The notes beneath the pieces were generated by a model. The model was given only the letters and a program-made list of their open reading frames with translations. It had not been told where the DNA came from and searched no databases. A program made the position numbers and the translations under genes. A DNA stretch of 61,186 nt, the filler included. It is 9 parts of 9 records of this genome, joined end to end, with 100 filler letters (N's around TTAATTAATTAA, not from the genome) between each part and the next. Parts side by side here need not be neighbours in the genome. Positions count along the whole stretch, not along the records: positions 56,614 to 61,186 come from SRR7504441_2786; 8 more parts are not named here. One strand, written 5' to 3'. Below, one piece after another: positions 59,263 to 61,186 of this stretch; position 1 is the first letter of the stretch; the number at the start of each line of letters is the position of its first letter.

Positions 59263-61186
59263 ATGAGCGTGCCAAAAATCATCCCGGCTCCGGCGCAGCC
59301 AGCGCTGTTGTCTGGACCCGAGTGGGCCGCTCTACGGGCCGGGCTGCTGCTGCTGGCTCTGGCCGTGCCGGGAGTGGTCGGGCAGAGCTGCCCGTCCAAT
59401 GCGGGGGACTGCACCTACCTCGGGGACCTGTACCTGGCGGCGGGAGGGGCGAGCTGGACTAGGCGCGACGGCTGGTGTGACGGGGGCGACTGCTGCGGCT
59501 GGACCGGGATCACGTGCAGTGGCGCCCTGATCGAGAGGATCGACCTGTCCAGCAACAGTCTGGTCGGCAGCCTGCCCGACTCTCTGGGCAGCCTGGGCGA
59601 GGTGCATCAGCTCAATGTGGCCAGGAACTCGCTGAGCGGTGCGATACCGGACGGGTACGGCGCGATGACCAGCCTGCAGTGGCTGGATATCCACCAAAAC
59701 AGGTTCTCAGGAACTATTGGGTCGCTGGCCGACAGCACGGTGATGCGGGTCATCTTCGCCGACAGCAACATGCTCAGTGGGACCATCCCGGACGCTCAGC
59801 TGTCAGCGCCGACCAGCCTGCAGGTGTTCGATGTGGACCAAAACAGGTTCTCCGGCACAATACCAAGGTCCGTGGAATCGATGACCAGCCTGATGTTCAT
59901 ACGCCTCAACGGCAACAGCATCTCCGGCACCATACCTTCGCAGCTCGCGACCCTGACAGCAGTAGAGAATATAGATTTGGGAGCGAATTCGCTGAGTGGA
60001 GTCCTGCCTGCCAGCGTTTCCTCGCTGACAAGACTGGCTCAACTGGCGGTCCCAGAGAATCGGATCTCTGGCAGCCTGCCCGATCTGTCCACGTTGACCT
60101 CGCTCGAGTACATACAGACTGAGGTGAACGAGATCTCGGGAACCCTGCCCGAAACCCCGGCTCTCACAGCCATGCTGGGCATCTTCATTGCCCTTAACCG
60201 GTTCTCTGGCAGCCTGCCGAGCTCGATTTCATCCATGACACGACTGCAGCATCTGATAGCCTCCGACAACTCGATCTCTGGCTCGATACCTACTGTCTAC
60301 CAGCACCTGACTAGCATGGCAGTCCTCACCCTGGATCAAAACAATCTCAGCGGGTCGAGTGACGAGTCGTTCAGCCAGTGGCAATCGCTGCAACTGCTGT
60401 CGCTCTTTCATAACAGCGACCTGAACTGGGATTTGAACCTGCTGACTCATTTTGGTGTACTGCATACGGCGCTTCTACACTCGTGCGCGATTGATGGGAC
60501 CATTCCACAGGAGCTACAGTCTGCCACCAGCCTGGCCGCGCTGCTCCTGTCAAAGAATCGGCTGCGCGGCACAATCCCAGATCTGTCCGTGCTGTCCTCA
60601 TTGAAAACTCTGACCCTGTCAAGTAATCAAATAAGCGGCACTCTGCCCAACACAGCACTGCCTAATCTGGACAAGCTCTTGGCCAACGAATTGAGGCTGA
60701 GCGGCAGCCTACCGCAGGCCTGGGGCAGTGAGCGACGGAGTGGCATCTTATCGGTAACGGATATCGGATTGGCAAGGAACTATTTGAGAGGCACGACTAA
60801 CGTATTTGATCTCGCCACCAGCCTCGAGACGCTGCTGCTATCAGGTGCCCTGCCTCGTGTGTGATGTCTTTTCATGGGGTGCCACAGGCAACTACTTGTC
60901 TGGTGACGCAGCTTTGATGAATGGCGCCACACAGCTTTCTCAAGGCACCTTTCTCGAACCAAGCCAGGAAAACTTGATTCAGCTGGGTTTATCCATCGCA
61001 TCACAAACTTCGGGGCTGACGACCACGATTCAAGTGAATGGGATTTCCTTTACGTTGCCCAGGGTATTGACTCTAAGAACGATCAATCCGTTTGCTAATC
61101 TCAATTCGGTGATGTATCAGAACACAGCCCTCGTCTTTGTTGGCAATTGCGAGTTAACTGTGCAAGCCTCATACATCCCTCAGTCG
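59263..61186 (+). CDS. Plant-type LRR receptor-like protein (3'-partial); intron 60845-60887
   Basis: Hydrophobic leader, CCGWTGITC cap and about 18 LxxLxLxxNxLSGxIP repeats. The frame stays open to the window end after splicing. Confidence 0.9.

Noticed and set aside
1482-60887. Introner (transposon-derived) intron family
   Set aside because: The introns share only splice and branch motifs. I saw no near-identical copies or consistent TSDs, though an all-vs-all alignment is needed to exclude this.
1-61186. Alternative genetic code or stop-codon readthrough
   Set aside because: Internal stops in conserved genes fall inside GT/GC-AG introns, and TAA, TAG and TGA all end genes.
1-61186. Many long overlapping or antisense ORFs (e.g. 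16057-16971, 46141-47475, 53654-55018)
   Set aside because: These are shadow ORFs from high GC content and repeats opposite real genes.

Overview
This is eukaryotic (protist-like) nuclear DNA, not prokaryotic. Nine contigs are joined by eight artificial 100-nt linkers (44 N + TTAATTAATTAA + 44 N), so adjacency across linkers means nothing. The genome is compact and GC-rich, uses the standard code, and has many very short spliceosomal introns (mostly 33-55 nt), so the supplied ORF track fragments or misses most genes. Manual splicing recovers about 28 genes. These include a SURNod19-like/DOMON protein, GPCR-PIP kinase-LysM, casein kinase 1, SS18/SSXT, an MFS transporter, MetRS, DGAT2, PITP-B-box-ankyrin, centrin, sedolisin/TPP1, a SLATT-like protein, a MAP3K, a class IV sirtuin, KNTC1/ROD, a >3,100-aa mucin/Cys-repeat protein, NudC, a DnaJ-Tudor fusion, an esterase-GH10 fusion and an LRR receptor-like protein. 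Four window-wide patterns stand out: (1) tiny G-rich introns with several GC donors and many stop-free 3n introns; (2) recurrent ~11-bp tandem duplications in AT-rich intergenic DNA; (3) eight head-to-head gene pairs 52-212 bp apart, most with Myb-type sites; (4) GC/CpG content falling from 5' to 3' along genes. All family calls come from motif recognition by eye. No searches were run and the lineage cannot be determined here.
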